Shown here piece by piece: positions 61,729 through 64,000 of a stretch of DNA of 64,000 nt. The translations under genes were made by a program, and so were the position numbers. The notes under the pieces are model-generated. The model saw nothing but the letters and a program-made list of their open reading frames with translations, searched no databases and was not told where the DNA came from. The first letter of the stretch is position 1. Each line of letters starts with the position of its first letter. Origin of the DNA: Rhina ancylostomus (Eukaryota); assembly GCA_030265395.1 (NCBI GenBank), contig JARFYF010000084.1, forward strand, positions 98,772,773-98,836,772, given 5' to 3'.

Positions 61729-64000
61729 TTGGGGGCCAAACGTAACAAATCAAAGCTTGCGGATAACATGAAACCAAATGGGAATCGAGTAATGAGGAGG
61801 AAGCAAAGAAGCTTCATGGGGAGATAGACAAGCTAAGAGAGTGAGCAACAAAATGACAGATGGAATACAATGTGGAAAAATGTGAGTTTCTTCACTTCAG
61901 TAGAAAAATCAGAATTTTGTTAAAAATGATTGGTAGATGATGCCCAAAGTTGCTGAAAGCTAACATGCAGTGCAGTAGGCAATTAAGGCAAATGATACAT
62001 TGGGCTTTACTAGAGGGAGTTTGATTACAAGAGTAAAGATGCCTTACTACAAATTACATAGGGCCTTGCTGAGATCACATCTGGAGTGTTTATGCAATTT
62101 TGATCTCCTTACCTAAAAAACGTTATACTTGCTATAGAGGGAGTGCATCGAAGATTCACCAGACTGGTTCCTAGGATGGCAGGTCTGTCATATGAGGAGA
62201 AATTGAATAGGTTAGGCCTCTATTCTCTGGAGTTCAGAAGAATGAGAGGTGACCTCAATGAAACAAAGTAATTGAGTTCAACAGGGTAGATGTGGGTAGG
62301 ATGTTTCCCCTACTAATCAGTCTAAAATTTGGGGTCATTGTTCCTGCCCCCCAGCCCAANNNNNNNNNNNNNNNNNNNNNNNNNNNNNNNNCCTTGAGGG
62401 CTGTGGAGGTTCTGTTAATGATTGAATTCAAGAGATTGAGAGAGTAATAGATAGTAGAGAAATAAAGGGATCTAAAGACAGGGAATGTGGCAGTCAGAAA
62501 GTTAAACACAACCACAAATGAACAAAAGAATGGACAAGGTTCTGAACTTGAATCAACATTTGGAGGTTGCCACAAGCAGGGGTGGTAAATGTTTTATGGA
62601 GTTCAAGAATGTTAGGAGTATAAAAAAGATTAATAACCACTTAATCGAAAGAGGACTGAATCTCAAGGATTGACTGGGCTCAGGATTCTGAATCAGCCGT
62701 TGGTGACAATTAAGACTGTGAATTAACATAACTATTTGCTGGACTCAGACCAACATGAGTTAAGGGCTGATATATCAGCGTAACATTCTTTCAACTTCAC
62801 TAAGCAACACAAATGAATTGGGAAGTTAGTTTAACTTACCAAGACCCAAAGTCTCAGAGGCCTAATAAATCAGAAGTAGGTGGCTGCTAGTTATAGTGAA
62901 ATAAGTGACACTGGATCTACTCTAAAGGCACCTCCAGTGGCATTTAGGGCCTCAACAGTATGCAGAAGAGCTGGCTGTTACTGTGATAAGAGATAACTAG
63001 AGGCCAAAGTTACGAAAGTATCTTTGTAATATGGTTTGGTCGTCAAATCCACATGTAGAACAAGATCTTTGTATTAAGTCGCAGAAGCAATCAATCCCAT
63101 GTTCCTCTGTACCTGACTGGCTTAGGACCAATATCTGAAATGCTATTACTTAAGTGGAAAATATTGGTGATACCATGGCTACCAACTGTCCAGCTGCAAC
63201 AGGACGGTGGATAGAATGAGTCAGACCTGGACTCGACAGTCAATGCGGTACCAACTCATTGGAGAACATAAGGAATAGGAGGCACATCCTAGAATGCACA
63301 AGAACATGGGATTACAGAAAGACCTTAGGACCTATATTCACAAGGACAGACCCCAAGTCTGGGACTTGAGGGGGAGGGAGGGAGGAAGGAAAGGCTCAAA
63401 TCCAGTCAAAACTGATTGCTTTGTGTCTTGACAGGTCGTATACAGCACAAGGTATGAATGTTTGTACAGTGCCTTTGAATTTCAGGGTGTAAGTAAAGCT
63501 GAGTACATCTTTCACTGGTTATAGGTATAGTGTCTCTACTACTATATTCTACTTCCTGCTTTCATACTCTCTATACTTGGTTCTGCCCATTATGTGGTTT
63601 CAAAGGCCTTCTTAAATTCCACATGCGCATCAAACATATCCAATACTTTGAAGAACTTGGAATTAAACAATATAATCCACTTTCTTTTGGACAAAAAAGA
63701 AATCCATTCTGACTTGCATTTATTAACAATTTGTCCAAATTGTAATTAATTTAACCTCATTTATTTTCATCATTTAAATTCACCCATCACAAACATTTTG
63801 TCTAATGTCCAGTGGTTACTGGGTTTAATCCCTCTTGTGGTGAAATGCTGACCTTTTACCTGCAATGATACATGGTGTTTATCAACTGAGTGGCATGTGA
63901 TAATTTTAAGTAACTCTTTCAAGGCAAGATGTTGTCAGATTCAATTCTTGCAGCTTAATATCTGTACAAGCACTAAATTTTCTCCTCTTTCAGAAACAGC

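Larger units (their letters stand above)
59475..62450 (+). mobile_element. Long degenerate CR1 LINE ORF2 hosting nested pLTR and V-SINE
   Basis: Endonuclease-like start; VDV.YLDFQKA; IPQGLV.GP; L.RSHLE; RFTRLV..M.GLSYEE.L.RL.LYSLEFRRMRGDL. Confidence 0.8.

Noticed and set aside
56300-64000. Upstream lpcat1 exon (FPEGT motif)
   Set aside because: Not found. Donor-like sites at ~62839 and ~63859 lack matching coding sequence, so the exon probably lies beyond the window or in a gap.

Overview
This is eukaryotic, vertebrate genomic DNA from a gapped scaffold with many N-runs. The repeat content (HER1-type CR1 LINEs, V-SINEs, Deu-domain SINE, Penelope pLTRs, Rex1/Babar) points to a cartilaginous fish, probably a ray or other batoid (inference). 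Two spliced genes lie in tandem on the minus strand, in the same order and orientation as human 5p15.33. (1) The 3' part of lpcat1: nine coding exons from 56299 down to the stop at 25990, then a ~3.9 kb putative 3' UTR. (2) The 5' part of slc6a3 (dopamine transporter): a putative non-coding exon near 13.5 kb and four coding exons from 12262 to 2307; the gene continues past the left edge. All exon boundaries are GT-AG and phases join in frame. Most other ORF-track calls are decayed retroelements or noise. The most notable non-genic signals are Penelope pLTR pieces carrying minimal hammerhead-ribozyme motifs, several inserted as fold-back palindromes with target-site duplications (one in the lpcat1 3' UTR); a V-SINE whose tail resembles Rex1/Babar; a solo LTR with a 5-bp TSD; uORFs in the slc6a3 leader; NET-like residues in this DAT; and a canonical EF-hand loop in LPCAT1. 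I see no clear evidence of a wholly new biological system. Repeat coordinates are approximate and family names come from recognition, not a database search.
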